A stretch of DNA of 64,000 nt from Thermogladius sp. (lineage in GTDB: Archaea > Thermoproteota > Thermoprotei_A > Sulfolobales > Desulfurococcaceae). The stretch lies in the NCBI GenBank assembly GCA_022759365.1, contig JAEMPJ010000007.1, positions 9,372 to 73,371 of the forward strand, read 5' to 3'. The first letter of the stretch is position 1. The number at the start of each line of letters is the position of its first letter. Below are positions 22,142 through 30,924 of the stretch, in pieces. A model generated the notes under the pieces. It did not search any database and was not told the DNA's origin. It was given only the letters and a program-made list of their open reading frames with translations. A program made the translations under genes and the position numbers.

Positions 22142-22247
22142 GAAGGAACACCAACAGGAGGGTGAGTGTTAGGCCTGTTGCGAGTAGGATGAGGCCTGTA
22201 GAACCGTGCTCCTCGATGAATGAGAGCACGGACATTATTAAAGTCAT
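22119..22247 (-). CDS. Candidate 42-aa single-TM protein (MTLIMSVLSFIEEHGSTGLILLATGLTLTLLLVFLHGKIEGY), absent from the ORF track
   Basis: Manual translation of the gap between the polytopic membrane gene and the ATPase. Purine-rich GGAGATTGGAGAAGG lies upstream. The ORF overlaps the ATPase start by 23 nt. Confidence 0.35.
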   Translation of the reverse strand: MTLIMSVLSFIEEHGSTGLILLATGLTLTLLLVFLHGKIEGY

Positions 22248-22273
22248 GCATACTATCGCCTTCTCCAATCTCC

Positions 22274-23638
22274 TCATGGGCCGAACACCATGACTCTTGA
22301 AATCCTCGCTTCGACACCACCCAGTAGCTTGGCTAGCCCCAGCGTCGCTGAAACTAATATTAGAATGTACACTACCGGGAGCACGAGGAGCCTGAAAAAC
22401 GTCAGGGAGACCAGGCTAACCGCAAGAGGCATAACCGATCCTTTTTCAACAGTGGTCTCGAGGTATGAGACCTCGCTTACATCCGGCTTAGATATGTTGA
22501 GCTCTCCGACTTGGACAGTCAGGGTGTGCACGCCGGGGCTTAAATCCGCTGTAAAAGCCTTGTAGTCCACGCCAAACCACTCGAAGGAAGTCTCGTATCC
22601 TCCACTTCCACCACCGTCCACTGATATTACTAGGCTACTCCCCTCCTCGTAGACAACGTATACTTTAGTGTTGTATAAGACGTCGAACACGACTGTGAGC
22701 GTTCCATTAACTCTGCTAATGTTCTCGACAATGGCTTCATCAGTATTGTAGTATATGAAGTGGTTTACATTAATGGAGATTACGTTGGGAACCCTGTACG
22801 TCAGGTTGAGCGGTTTCGAGCCCTGGGTTATATTAGCTTCAACAGTGTACTTCGAGCCGGGCAGTAGGAAGTCCAACACCTGGGGGCCAACAGGGATCCA
22901 TTTATCTATAGAGGTGGCGTTCACAACCCCGTTTGAATCACTCAGATACGTGTACAGCAGGTTGCCTTCCAGGTCGGTGGAGTTTAAAACGAAGTAGGCC
23001 ACGGGGTTGCCCACTAGGTCGACTAGGCTTATGAGCGCTGGCTCCCCCTGGATGAGCTGTTGATCGGGCGGGGTCACCGTCGAGAACAAGGATATGAAGG
23101 AGGGCAGGAAGGGGGCCCCGATGGTGAAGACTATTGGCAACGCGATCAACACAGCGCCGGCCGGCCTCGTCAGCCTGAAGGGTACTGAGTAGAGGAGTAG
23201 GCCGACCGCGATCAGGGTCTTCGCCGTCGCGTATATGACGCTGACCGCTAGGTAGAACACCGTGACCGTCACGAGCACGTCTATGAGCAGGCTCACTAGA
23301 GGCGAGATCAAACCTGACGCGAGGAATCCAAGCCCGATCTTATTGTAGATAAAGCCTATGGTCTTCAAGACCAGGAAAAGCGTTGTCAGGGCTGCTGCCT
23401 CAGCGATATACCATGCGTTGAAAGCATCCCAGTTGGATCCCAGCAATGAGCTGAAGTAGGAGATACTGTACACTAAACCCTTGTAGCTGAACACTAGGAA
23501 AGCCGAGAAAACGCCGTCCACCATGAGCCTCGAGCCAAGCTTCTTGATAGACACCAGGGGTATGGGTAGACCCCTTAAAGCGGCGCCTAGGACGTAGGTT
23601 AGTATAGACAAATAGTAGGCCAGGTAGAGGATGTCCAT
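22274..23638 (-). CDS. Polytopic membrane protein, CedA/VirB6-like, with a large predicted extracellular domain and a C-terminal TM anchor
   Basis: About 6-7 N-terminal TM helices. A ~230-aa beta-rich segment follows, with at least 7 N-x-S/T sequons (NST, NAT, NIT, NLT, NIS, NGT, NIS). Terminal hydrophobic helices are present. The N-terminus repeats the LRGLPIP..IKK.G....DGV motif of the upstream small protein. Confidence 0.55.
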   Translation of the reverse strand: MDILYLAYYLSILTYVLGAALRGLPIPLVSIKKLGSRLMVDGVFSAFLVFSYKGLVYSISYFSSLLGSNWDAFNAWYIAEAAALTTLFLVLKTIGFIYNKIGLGFLASGLISPLVSLLIDVLVTVTVFYLAVSVIYATAKTLIAVGLLLYSVPFRLTRPAGAVLIALPIVFTIGAPFLPSFISLFSTVTPPDQQLIQGEPALISLVDLVGNPVAYFVLNSTDLEGNLLYTYLSDSNGVVNATSIDKWIPVGPQVLDFLLPGSKYTVEANITQGSKPLNLTYRVPNVISINVNHFIYYNTDEAIVENISRVNGTLTVVFDVLYNTKVYVVYEEGSSLVISVDGGGSGGYETSFEWFGVDYKAFTADLSPGVHTLTVQVGELNISKPDVSEVSYLETTVEKGSVMPLAVSLVSLTFFRLLVLPVVYILILVSATLGLAKLLGGVEARISRVMVFGP

Positions 23639-23647
23639 CTAAAACCC

Positions 23648-23947
23648 CTATGGCGTTGGGGGCGGGGGCAACGGCTGGTAGACCGCTGAGGCGATGTAGG
23701 AGACAAGGGCGAACACGCTGCTCCCCACAGCGAGCCAGAACGCTGCCCAGACGCCGTCCTCGAGAATCTTCTCACCCGTCTTCTTAATCCTAGTGGAGGG
23801 TATAGGCAGCCCCTTCAACGCCCAGCCGACAACCCAGGATAAGAAGAATAGTGCCCACGCTACTACAACGACCTGCACTGTTACGTTTTTCACGAATTCA
23901 ACAAGATCCATTTTACAACCCGTTTTAAGCGGGTAGCTAACATTCAT
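23648..23947 (-). CDS. Small two-helix membrane protein, CedA1/VirB2-pilin-like
   Basis: Hydrophobic helix, then loop LKGLPIPSTRIKKTGEKILEDG, then a second hydrophobic helix and a Pro-rich tail. First gene of the cluster. Confidence 0.5.
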   Translation of the reverse strand: MNVSYPLKTGCKMDLVEFVKNVTVQVVVVAWALFFLSWVVGWALKGLPIPSTRIKKTGEKILEDGVWAAFWLAVGSSVFALVSYIASAVYQPLPPPPTP

Positions 23948-24012
23948 GACTCCTAGCCGAAACTAACGAGGCGAAGCGGGCTTATTAGAGGGTTTAAACT
24001 AAATCACAATGC

Positions 24013-26037
24013 TTGAGATCGCCTCCAGTGATGCGTTGTATGCCGAGGACATGGCCTAAAGTAGCTAAAATCTACTGGGATCCCTACGACGACCTCCCGG
24101 TTATACAGCCGAGGCAGGACGAAATAGACCTATACTACGTTCTCAGGTTAACGGAGCCGGGGGACGCTAAGATAGCTAGACCCGGTGATCTGGCTAGGCT
24201 GAGGGAGACTGTTGTCAACGAGTTCGGTAGCGACAAGGTGTACAAGGCTCTATTCGAGGACAGGGTTGTCTTATTCAACAAAGTCCCCCACTGGGACTTG
24301 ATGTGGGAGGTCGCTTCTTCGGGTAATGTCTGGGGCCAACTCTACTTCAATCCGTTCATCGACTCGTGGAGGTTCAGGCTCAGCTACCATGGGGCATACG
24401 AGGTTTTGGATAAAGGGCTCGTAGACTATGTTAAAGTAGACTCAAAACACTTCTACACGGACATGCCCGTCAACCCGCCTTCAACCAGCCAGAGAAGCAT
24501 CGTGGTTCTCGACTACAAGGGGAGGATCAGGGGTTTAGCGGAGAAGGTTGACGGCCGGTTCATTATAACAAAAATATTCTACGACCAGCGCCCTCCCGTC
24601 GAGACTAGCAGGAAGCCTAGCAGTATCCAAGATGTAGTGAAGAAGAATATCGAGGGCTTAGTAGCGCTTGAGGAGAAGTCTATCAGACACCTCCTTAAAG
24701 TTCACAGAAGGTACAACTATAAGCCTGTCGTCTCCTACTCAGGCGGGAAAGACAGCCTGGTCAGCCTACACCTGGCGGTGAAAGCGTTTGGAAGCGTAGA
24801 CGTGTTGTTCAACGACACGGGTTTAGAGCTACCTGAGACGCTCAAAAACGTCGAGGAGGTCTCGGGGAAGTATGGTCTAAACCTTGTGACGGCATCGGCT
24901 GGAAACATGTTTTGGAGCGCTGTCGAGACTTTCGGCCCTCCTGGAAAGGATTACAGGTGGTGTTGCAAAATAATAAAGCTGGTGCCTATAGCGAAGACCA
25001 GTAGAGTGAAATGGCCTAACGGAGCCTTGAACATTGTGGGGCAGAGAGCATACGAGTCTCTCGACAGGGCGAAGAGCCCTGTTTTATGGAGGAATAAATG
25101 GATCCCCCACGTCGTGTCCACGACGCCGATCCAGGAGTGGAGCCAGCTCTCGATATGGCTCTATATCTACGCGAACAACCTCCCCTACAATAAACTCTAC
25201 GACAGGGGTTTCGCTAGGCTGGGATGCTACTTGTGCCCATCCAGCTACCTAGCCGAGTTCAAAGATGTTTCAACACACTACCCGTGCCTCTGGGAGAGGT
25301 GGGTTGAAGTCCTAGAACGCTGGAGGAGGAGGTTGAACCAGCCAGAGGAGTGGGTCAAGTATGGATTGTGGAGATGGCTTACACCAGCATCTGCCAAAAA
25401 GAGGATTTCAAAGAGAATACCCGGCTATGTGATCGACTGGAGGAGGGAATACGTGTCCAGGCTACTCTCCAGCGAAGCAAGATTAGCCCCTTTAAAGGTC
25501 GAGAGAGAAGGGGGCTCCGCGAGAATACTGTTCAACGACGTCATAATCGACGACGAGTCACAACAGGTCTTCTCCGAGAACATTAGGATGCTCGCCTCCA
25601 AGGTATGGCGTGAAGGTGAAACAGTGTTCGTCGAGTCGAAGAACACCCGTATCCGCATAGCCGGGGACACGATGTTCGTCGAGCCGTTTACGAGGGATGA
25701 AAACATAGAGGATCTGGCAGACGTCCTGAAAGTGATTTATAGGATTAGATCGTGTGTTAAGTGTGCTAGCTGTATTTTATGGTGCCCGCTGAACGCTATA
25801 AAAATGACCCCTAAAGGCCCCTTGCCCAGGACGCCTTGCCTCTCCTGCAAACTATGCATTGACACATGCCCCCTAGCCGACCAGCTTGTCGAGAAGGTCG
25901 TTATCCCACTTATACTAGACAACCCGAAGGCGTTCAAACGGGCCTCGAGGAGACATAGCGACCATATCCTGGCGTTGTTCAGCAAACTGTACAAGCTGTC
26001 TAAAGGCGGTAGAGAGGCTTCTAGTGGTCTCGGCTAA
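24013..26037 (+). CDS. PP-loop ATP pyrophosphatase (PAPS reductase family) with an N-terminal PUA-like region and a C-terminal 2x[4Fe-4S] ferredoxin domain
   Basis: PP-loop VVSYSGGKDSLVSLHL, YRWCCKIIK motif, and C-terminal CVKCASCILWCP...CLSCKLCIDTCP. Confidence 0.7.
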   Translation: MRSPPVMRCMPRTWPKVAKIYWDPYDDLPVIQPRQDEIDLYYVLRLTEPGDAKIARPGDLARLRETVVNEFGSDKVYKALFEDRVVLFNKVPHWDLMWEVASSGNVWGQLYFNPFIDSWRFRLSYHGAYEVLDKGLVDYVKVDSKHFYTDMPVNPPSTSQRSIVVLDYKGRIRGLAEKVDGRFIITKIFYDQRPPVETSRKPSSIQDVVKKNIEGLVALEEKSIRHLLKVHRRYNYKPVVSYSGGKDSLVSLHLAVKAFGSVDVLFNDTGLELPETLKNVEEVSGKYGLNLVTASAGNMFWSAVETFGPPGKDYRWCCKIIKLVPIAKTSRVKWPNGALNIVGQRAYESLDRAKSPVLWRNKWIPHVVSTTPIQEWSQLSIWLYIYANNLPYNKLYDRGFARLGCYLCPSSYLAEFKDVSTHYPCLWERWVEVLERWRRRLNQPEEWVKYGLWRWLTPASAKKRISKRIPGYVIDWRREYVSRLLSSEARLAPLKVEREGGSARILFNDVIIDDESQQVFSENIRMLASKVWREGETVFVESKNTRIRIAGDTMFVEPFTRDENIEDLADVLKVIYRIRSCVKCASCILWCPLNAIKMTPKGPLPRTPCLSCKLCIDTCPLADQLVEKVVIPLILDNPKAFKRASRRHSDHILALFSKLYKLSKGGREASSGLG

Positions 26038-28810
26038 TGTACTCTTTAACCATTAGGAATCTCTTCTCGCTCTCATATATTTCTTGGATGAGATCACCGC
26101 CCCTGGCAACACTATTCAATATCCTGGCCGCCTCGTGGGCTCCAACCCCTCTAGCAGATAAAGCAAGCAAGGCATCCTTCTTGAACCTGTAGAGCAGTGT
26201 AGCCCTCTTGCTCAGTTCATCCAGCAATTTATCCTCGTCGCTGTTAAGCCTCTCACCCTTCTTCAATTTATTGACGAGGCCGAGCTCTCTTGAAATATCG
26301 CGTCCTTTAACAAGGGTTAGAGTCGCCTTACCGCACTTCGGGCAGTTAAACTCTTTCTTATCCAGGAAGTCTGCTACAGTCCCACTCTTGTAATAACCAC
26401 AGCTCAAGCATAGTAGCGTTACCTTACGCGATAGAAGCTTAGAGAGGTAAGCCTCTTGATCGAACACTATGCCTTTGAATATGGGAACCTCTATATATTC
26501 TAAGATTTCTCGGTGGAATTCGTTTATTCTCTCCGACACCCTCCCCTCAACTCTGACCACACCCTTCTCAATAAGCTCCGAGAGCTCTTGTGCTGATCTA
26601 ACGTCGTAGTCTTTAGCTAGAACCTCCTTGAACGCTTCCCTCCCGATCACGGTGTCAACGAATGCCTGGAGCAGCGCGTTGCTCACTCTCTCTACTTCGG
26701 GGGATATAGCGCCGAACCTCTGGGCCACCTGGTATATCCGCCATAGAAGGGTCTTACTCTCCCTTACAGCTCCTGCTAGGAACTCCCCGCTAACAAACTT
26801 TTTAAGGTTTTTGAAGAAACCGAGGATGTCTTTCTGCAACAACCCTAGGTCGGTGTTTCCAGCTCTGATCACAATAGCGTAAGGGGTTGAATACGCTCTT
26901 ACTTTCGCAAGCGGGTTTGTCTTCTTGATATAATATGATAATAGGTCTTTAAGCATCAAGTTTAGTTTAGAGCCGCCGAACACGTTTACAAATATGACAC
27001 CCAACGGGACAACATAGTCGACGACTATCGTCTTGTCGTTTCCAAAAAGCCGGGCCACCTCAGTCCTGAGATCTGCTTTTAAGCCATACTCCTCCCTCAA
27101 TTTCTCGACCTCGCCTCTGGCCAGCCTCCGCAACACGCTCCCAACCTCTCTGGCAACCTTGTATTCAACAGGTATATTCTCGCCTTCCCAGAAGGGTACT
27201 ACAGCCTCATCTGTCGGCGCTGCCACTTTCTCCACATACAGTTTGTTCTCGCTTTCGGCATACGATAGGATTTTCCAAACACTCCCCGCAAGAACCAAGA
27301 AGTCCCCTGGCTGGATATTTAGAACCACGTAGTCCTCATCTAAGGCTCCGACTCTTCTGCCGGTAACATCGAATACGTTGATCTCCCTTGTTGAAGGTAT
27401 CATAGAGGTCTTGTAGACATGGAGCCTCGTCTTACGGGTGGGTTTTATGATCCCGGACTCCAACTTCACTATCCTACTGTACTCCAGGTAATTCACCACA
27501 TCCATGAAGTCTTCGTATGATAAGTCTTTGTATAAAGCGTTCTGGACTATATCCGCGTAAACCTTGCTTACATTAATCCCCCGGGGGTTCACCAGGGAGT
27601 ATACTGCTAGAGCATACGATAATACGTCCAGGGGGGAGGTGTATATCTCCTCTTCTTCAAGGATGTTTCTCACAGCTCTTTTCGCTAGCACGATAGACTC
27701 CAAGTAGTGTAGGAGGTTGCTCGTCGATACAATACTACCGCGCGCCACACCACCTAGCTTATGCCCGCTTCTACCAATCCTCTGAACAAGCCTTGTCACC
27801 TGCCTCGGCGACAAGTACTGTACCACATAGTCCACCCTACCTATGTCGATACCGAGCTCTAGGCTCGATGTAGCGACCACCGCCTTTATCTCCCCGTTCT
27901 TAAACCTCTTCTCCACCTCCTCCCGGTGCTCCCTTGAGAGGCTGCCGTGGTGTACACCTATATTGACCTCGTACCCGAGCCTCTCGCTAATCGAGTTCAA
28001 GAGGTTGCTCAAGTACTCGGCCATAGTCCTGGTGTTGGTGAAGACGAGGACTCCCCCGCTCCCAGCGATTTTCTCCAATATGTACATGGCTCTCGCAACA
28101 ACCCTCTCATCCCCTATGTACTTAGCCAGCTCCTTGCATTTCCCGGTGCAAGAAGGGGTTTCCACCTCTATCTCGTAGCTCTTACTTCCAACATCTCTTA
28201 CAACCTCTGTGGGGAGCTTGTTGACCGAGGAGAGGATTTGCCTCACAGAGTTCTCGTCACTTAGAGTCGCCGTCAAGCCTATTATAACCGGTCTCACACC
28301 TATGTAGTTTAGGACGAGATAAAGCACTGTGAGTAGGAGTAGGCCCCTCTTACTCTCGATAATCTCGTGGAGCTCATCTAAGACCACGAATTTAAGGTTA
28401 GACAACTTCTTCAACAAGTCCTCGTTTAAGAGAATGTAATTGAGTGTCTCTGGTGTTGTAACAAGTACTTGGGGAGGGTTTTTCTGGATGGCCTTCCTAG
28501 CGTGGTAGGGTGTATCGCCGTGTCTCAACGCGACGCTCACGCCAAAACACTCCGCTATCCTGCTTATCCTCTCAGCTATATCCCTGTTCAACGCTCGGAG
28601 AGGAGTGATGTATACACAGGAGATAGGCTCGCTTCTCAACCTTGAAATAGAGTAGAAGACTGGCAGGATAGCTGCCTCTGTTTTGCCCACGCCGGTTGGG
28701 GCCACTATAACGACGTTGAAGCCCCTCCCAGCTATCTTCTTAAAAGCCTCTTTCTGCAGAGCTGTAAACTCTCTATAACCAAGCCTACGTAGACAGTCTG
28801 GCAAACTCAT
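26021..28810 (-). CDS. lhr: Lhr-like large superfamily-2 (DEAD/DEAH-type) helicase
   Basis: Motif I APTGVGKTEAA, motif II VLDELHEI, motif VI QRIGRSGH, and a C-terminal Zn ribbon CLSCG...CPKCG. Length 929 aa. Confidence 0.75.
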   Translation of the reverse strand: MSLPDCLRRLGYREFTALQKEAFKKIAGRGFNVVIVAPTGVGKTEAAILPVFYSISRLRSEPISCVYITPLRALNRDIAERISRIAECFGVSVALRHGDTPYHARKAIQKNPPQVLVTTPETLNYILLNEDLLKKLSNLKFVVLDELHEIIESKRGLLLLTVLYLVLNYIGVRPVIIGLTATLSDENSVRQILSSVNKLPTEVVRDVGSKSYEIEVETPSCTGKCKELAKYIGDERVVARAMYILEKIAGSGGVLVFTNTRTMAEYLSNLLNSISERLGYEVNIGVHHGSLSREHREEVEKRFKNGEIKAVVATSSLELGIDIGRVDYVVQYLSPRQVTRLVQRIGRSGHKLGGVARGSIVSTSNLLHYLESIVLAKRAVRNILEEEEIYTSPLDVLSYALAVYSLVNPRGINVSKVYADIVQNALYKDLSYEDFMDVVNYLEYSRIVKLESGIIKPTRKTRLHVYKTSMIPSTREINVFDVTGRRVGALDEDYVVLNIQPGDFLVLAGSVWKILSYAESENKLYVEKVAAPTDEAVVPFWEGENIPVEYKVAREVGSVLRRLARGEVEKLREEYGLKADLRTEVARLFGNDKTIVVDYVVPLGVIFVNVFGGSKLNLMLKDLLSYYIKKTNPLAKVRAYSTPYAIVIRAGNTDLGLLQKDILGFFKNLKKFVSGEFLAGAVRESKTLLWRIYQVAQRFGAISPEVERVSNALLQAFVDTVIGREAFKEVLAKDYDVRSAQELSELIEKGVVRVEGRVSERINEFHREILEYIEVPIFKGIVFDQEAYLSKLLSRKVTLLCLSCGYYKSGTVADFLDKKEFNCPKCGKATLTLVKGRDISRELGLVNKLKKGERLNSDEDKLLDELSKRATLLYRFKKDALLALSARGVGAHEAARILNSVARGGDLIQEIYESEKRFLMVKEYISRDH

Positions 28811-28867
28811 TTTTCTACCCAGGTATGAACCAGGTAAGCAGGCGGGATTCCAATATCCGGGAAATAC

Positions 28868-28873
28868 TTTAAA
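28868..28873 (+). promoter_or_regulatory. Candidate TATA element for tRNA-Pro
   Basis: TTTAAA about 33 nt upstream of the mature tRNA 5' end. Confidence 0.35.
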
Positions 28874-28905
28874 CCCTTTTATCTTAGACTATTCAAATAG
28901 AGTAG

Positions 28906-28980
28906 GGGCCCGTGGTCTAGCCTGGTCAGGATGCGGGGTTCGGGTCCCCGTGACCCGGGGTTCAAATCCCCGCGGGCCCA
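28906..28980 (+). tRNA. tRNA-Pro (anticodon CGG), no intron, CCA not encoded
   Basis: Acceptor GGGCCCG/CGGGCCC. Anticodon stem CGGGG/CCCCG with loop TTCGGGT. T-arm CGGGG-TTCAAAT-CCCCG. Discriminator A. Confidence 0.85.
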
Positions 28981-28998
28981 TCACCATGGTGCTCAGTT

Positions 28999-29394
28999 TT
29001 GGCTGAGGACAACAAGTGTACTGTGCAGGGTTCTCTGAAGAGCGTGATCGAGGAGGCCGAGAAGCTCGAGCAGTACGATGAACAAGCGTTAAGGAGGTTC
29101 ATTAGACTGCAAGTCCAGAACGTTGACTTAGACACGTGGGTTTACCTAGGCCCCTCAGGCGACTACGTGTTGGTTCCAGGGCTCTTCTGCAGTTGCAACG
29201 ATTTCACTATAAGGGTGGTGGGTAAGAGGGAGAAATGCTACTGCAAACACCTCGTTGAGCAAGCGGTCTCCGAGAGGAAAAAGCTTTATAAGACAGTGAA
29301 CCTGGAGTCTTTTGAAGAATACGTTAAAATATTAAACGAAATTTTTACTCAGAATCTAACATCAACCCTTAGAAGAAAGTTGTACTCGAGGTAG
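28999..29394 (+). CDS. SWIM zinc-finger protein
   Basis: CxC...CxH signature: LFCSCNDFTIRVVGKREKCYCKHLVEQA. Confidence 0.6.
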   Translation: MAEDNKCTVQGSLKSVIEEAEKLEQYDEQALRRFIRLQVQNVDLDTWVYLGPSGDYVLVPGLFCSCNDFTIRVVGKREKCYCKHLVEQAVSERKKLYKTVNLESFEEYVKILNEIFTQNLTSTLRRKLYSR

Positions 29395-29400
29395 GCCGGG

Positions 29401-29733
29401 ATGGGTAAGAGGAGGAAGAAATATAAAAGAGTGGTTAAAAGAGAGGCGAAACTCCCGACAGTATTCCAGTGCCCTAGATGTGGTGCTAAAACATTGAGCG
29501 TTAGATTCGAGAAGACCGATACTCCTGGTTTCAAAAAAGCAGTGATTTCATGTGGTTCCTGCGGGCTCTACGCCGAGTATCCTCAGCCGGTTCCCGAAAT
29601 ATGGGAGCCCGTGGACGTCTACGCCAAGTTCATAGATTTATATCTCGAAGGTAAAATCACAGTTGAAACCAGGAAACCGGAGAAAGGGAGTGAAGTTGGG
29701 GAGGGTCAGCAAGTATCTGAGGGAGAAAGTTGA
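29401..29733 (+). CDS. elf1: Transcription elongation factor Elf1 homolog
   Basis: Basic N-terminus MGKRRKKYKR, zinc ribbon FQCPRCG...SCGSCG, then EPVDVYAKFIDLY as in eukaryotic Elf1. Confidence 0.75.
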   Translation: MGKRRKKYKRVVKREAKLPTVFQCPRCGAKTLSVRFEKTDTPGFKKAVISCGSCGLYAEYPQPVPEIWEPVDVYAKFIDLYLEGKITVETRKPEKGSEVGEGQQVSEGES

Positions 29734-30436
29734 AAGAGGGGAGAAGCTACACTTCACACTAATAGACCCGGCGAAGAAGATAGACCACAGCCAACTAGAG
29801 AAGATCGCTCTCGGGTTGTATGAGGCTGGCACAGACGCTTTCCTGATCGGAGGTAGTATCGGGGTCGCCCCCGAGGACGCGGGCGAGATAGCAGACGTTT
29901 TAAAGAAAACAACAGGTTTACCCGTGATAATCTTCCCAGGCAACATCAACTGTCTGACGCCTAGGGCCGACGCAGTTCTCTTCATGGTTTTAATGAACAG
30001 CCTAGAACCATACTACCTCATGCAGGCCCAAGTCCAGGCGGCACCACTGGTTAGAAGATACGGGTTGGAGGCGTTGCCCACAGGGTATATCGTATTCTAC
30101 GGCGACACATCGGTGGCGCATGTCGGGAGAATACAGCCTATACCACCCGACAAGCCGGAGCTTGGTTTAGCATACGCTTTAGCCGCTGAGATGATGGGCT
30201 ACCAGTACCTGTATCTTGAAGCCGGTAGCGGCGCTAGTAGGCCAGTCCCCGAAGCGTTCCCCAGCATCATAAAGAAGCACACTAGCCTCATACTGATAGT
30301 GGGAGGAGGCATACGCTCCCCGGAGACCGCTAGGAGCCTCACTAGGGCTGGAGCCGATGTCATCGTGACAGGGACTATCGTCGAGGAGGATTACGAGAAG
30401 GCCTCCAATATAATCAGGGCTATAAAGAGCCGTTAG
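29690..30436 (+). CDS. Geranylgeranylglyceryl phosphate synthase (PcrB family); GTG start at 29690 preferred over the track TTG at 29663
   Basis: VKLGRVSKYLREKVERGEKLHFTLIDP N-terminus, YLEAGSGA and IVGGGIRS phosphate-binding motifs. Confidence 0.85.
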   Translation: MKLGRVSKYLREKVERGEKLHFTLIDPAKKIDHSQLEKIALGLYEAGTDAFLIGGSIGVAPEDAGEIADVLKKTTGLPVIIFPGNINCLTPRADAVLFMVLMNSLEPYYLMQAQVQAAPLVRRYGLEALPTGYIVFYGDTSVAHVGRIQPIPPDKPELGLAYALAAEMMGYQYLYLEAGSGASRPVPEAFPSIIKKHTSLILIVGGGIRSPETARSLTRAGADVIVTGTIVEEDYEKASNIIRAIKSR

Positions 30437-30680
30437 CCCTAGCATACTTGGCTTTGAAAGCCTCTTCTAAGTCTATGTTAAGAAGGTTGGCTATGCTTAG
30501 AAGCCAGGCGAAGACGTCGGCTATCTCCTCCCGCATATTAGGCTTATCCATCTCAAGGATCGCTCTAGCCAGCTCGCCAACCTCCTCCACGAACCACGTG
30601 AATGTCGCGAACAACCCTCTAGCATGGTCTCTCTCATAGTACATTCTCCTTATGAGATCCTGAGCCTCCTTCAACTCCAA
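30420..30680 (-). CDS. MazG-like nucleotide pyrophosphohydrolase
   Basis: EEVGELARAI...EEIADVFAWLLSIANLLNIDLEEA, an EExxE...ExxD four-helix pattern. Confidence 0.7.
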   Translation of the reverse strand: MELKEAQDLIRRMYYERDHARGLFATFTWFVEEVGELARAILEMDKPNMREEIADVFAWLLSIANLLNIDLEEAFKAKYARANGSL

Positions 30681-30742
30681 GCGTGTGCACCAGCTTTATG
30701 CTTATTAAGAGTCTAGCAGATAAAAGCTTGCGGTGTAGGCGT

Positions 30743-30922
30743 TTGAGTAAGGCTAGGAAAAGGAGAAAAGAACTCACAGCACCTTTGACAGCCGCCGGGC
30801 TCATTAGATTCTACGAGGAGTCCGATGTGGGTATTAAAGTAAAACCGTATGTCCTTATACTTCTAGCATTATCGCTAAGCATAGCCGCAATAGTACTCCA
30901 GAAAGTCCACCCGCTGTATTGA
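30743..30922 (+). CDS. secG: Preprotein translocase subunit Sec61-beta (TTG start at 30743 preferred; the track ORF starts at 30683)
   Basis: AAGLIRFYEESDVGIKVKPYVLILLALSLSIAAIVL is the conserved Sec61-beta motif plus a C-terminal TM. Confidence 0.75.
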   Translation: MSKARKRRKELTAPLTAAGLIRFYEESDVGIKVKPYVLILLALSLSIAAIVLQKVHPLY

Positions 30923-30924
30923 GC

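Noticed and set aside
22135-22320. 61-aa ORF bridging the membrane protein and the ATPase
   Set aside because: It overlaps the 3' end of the 454-aa gene out of frame, and is basic and non-hydrophobic with no start context. The alternative 42-aa TM frame is more plausible.
20504-28980. Integrated mobile element targeting tRNA-Pro
   Set aside because: No integrase, no repeat of the tRNA 3' end seen by eye, and no plasmid or viral genes. The flanking genes are core housekeeping.
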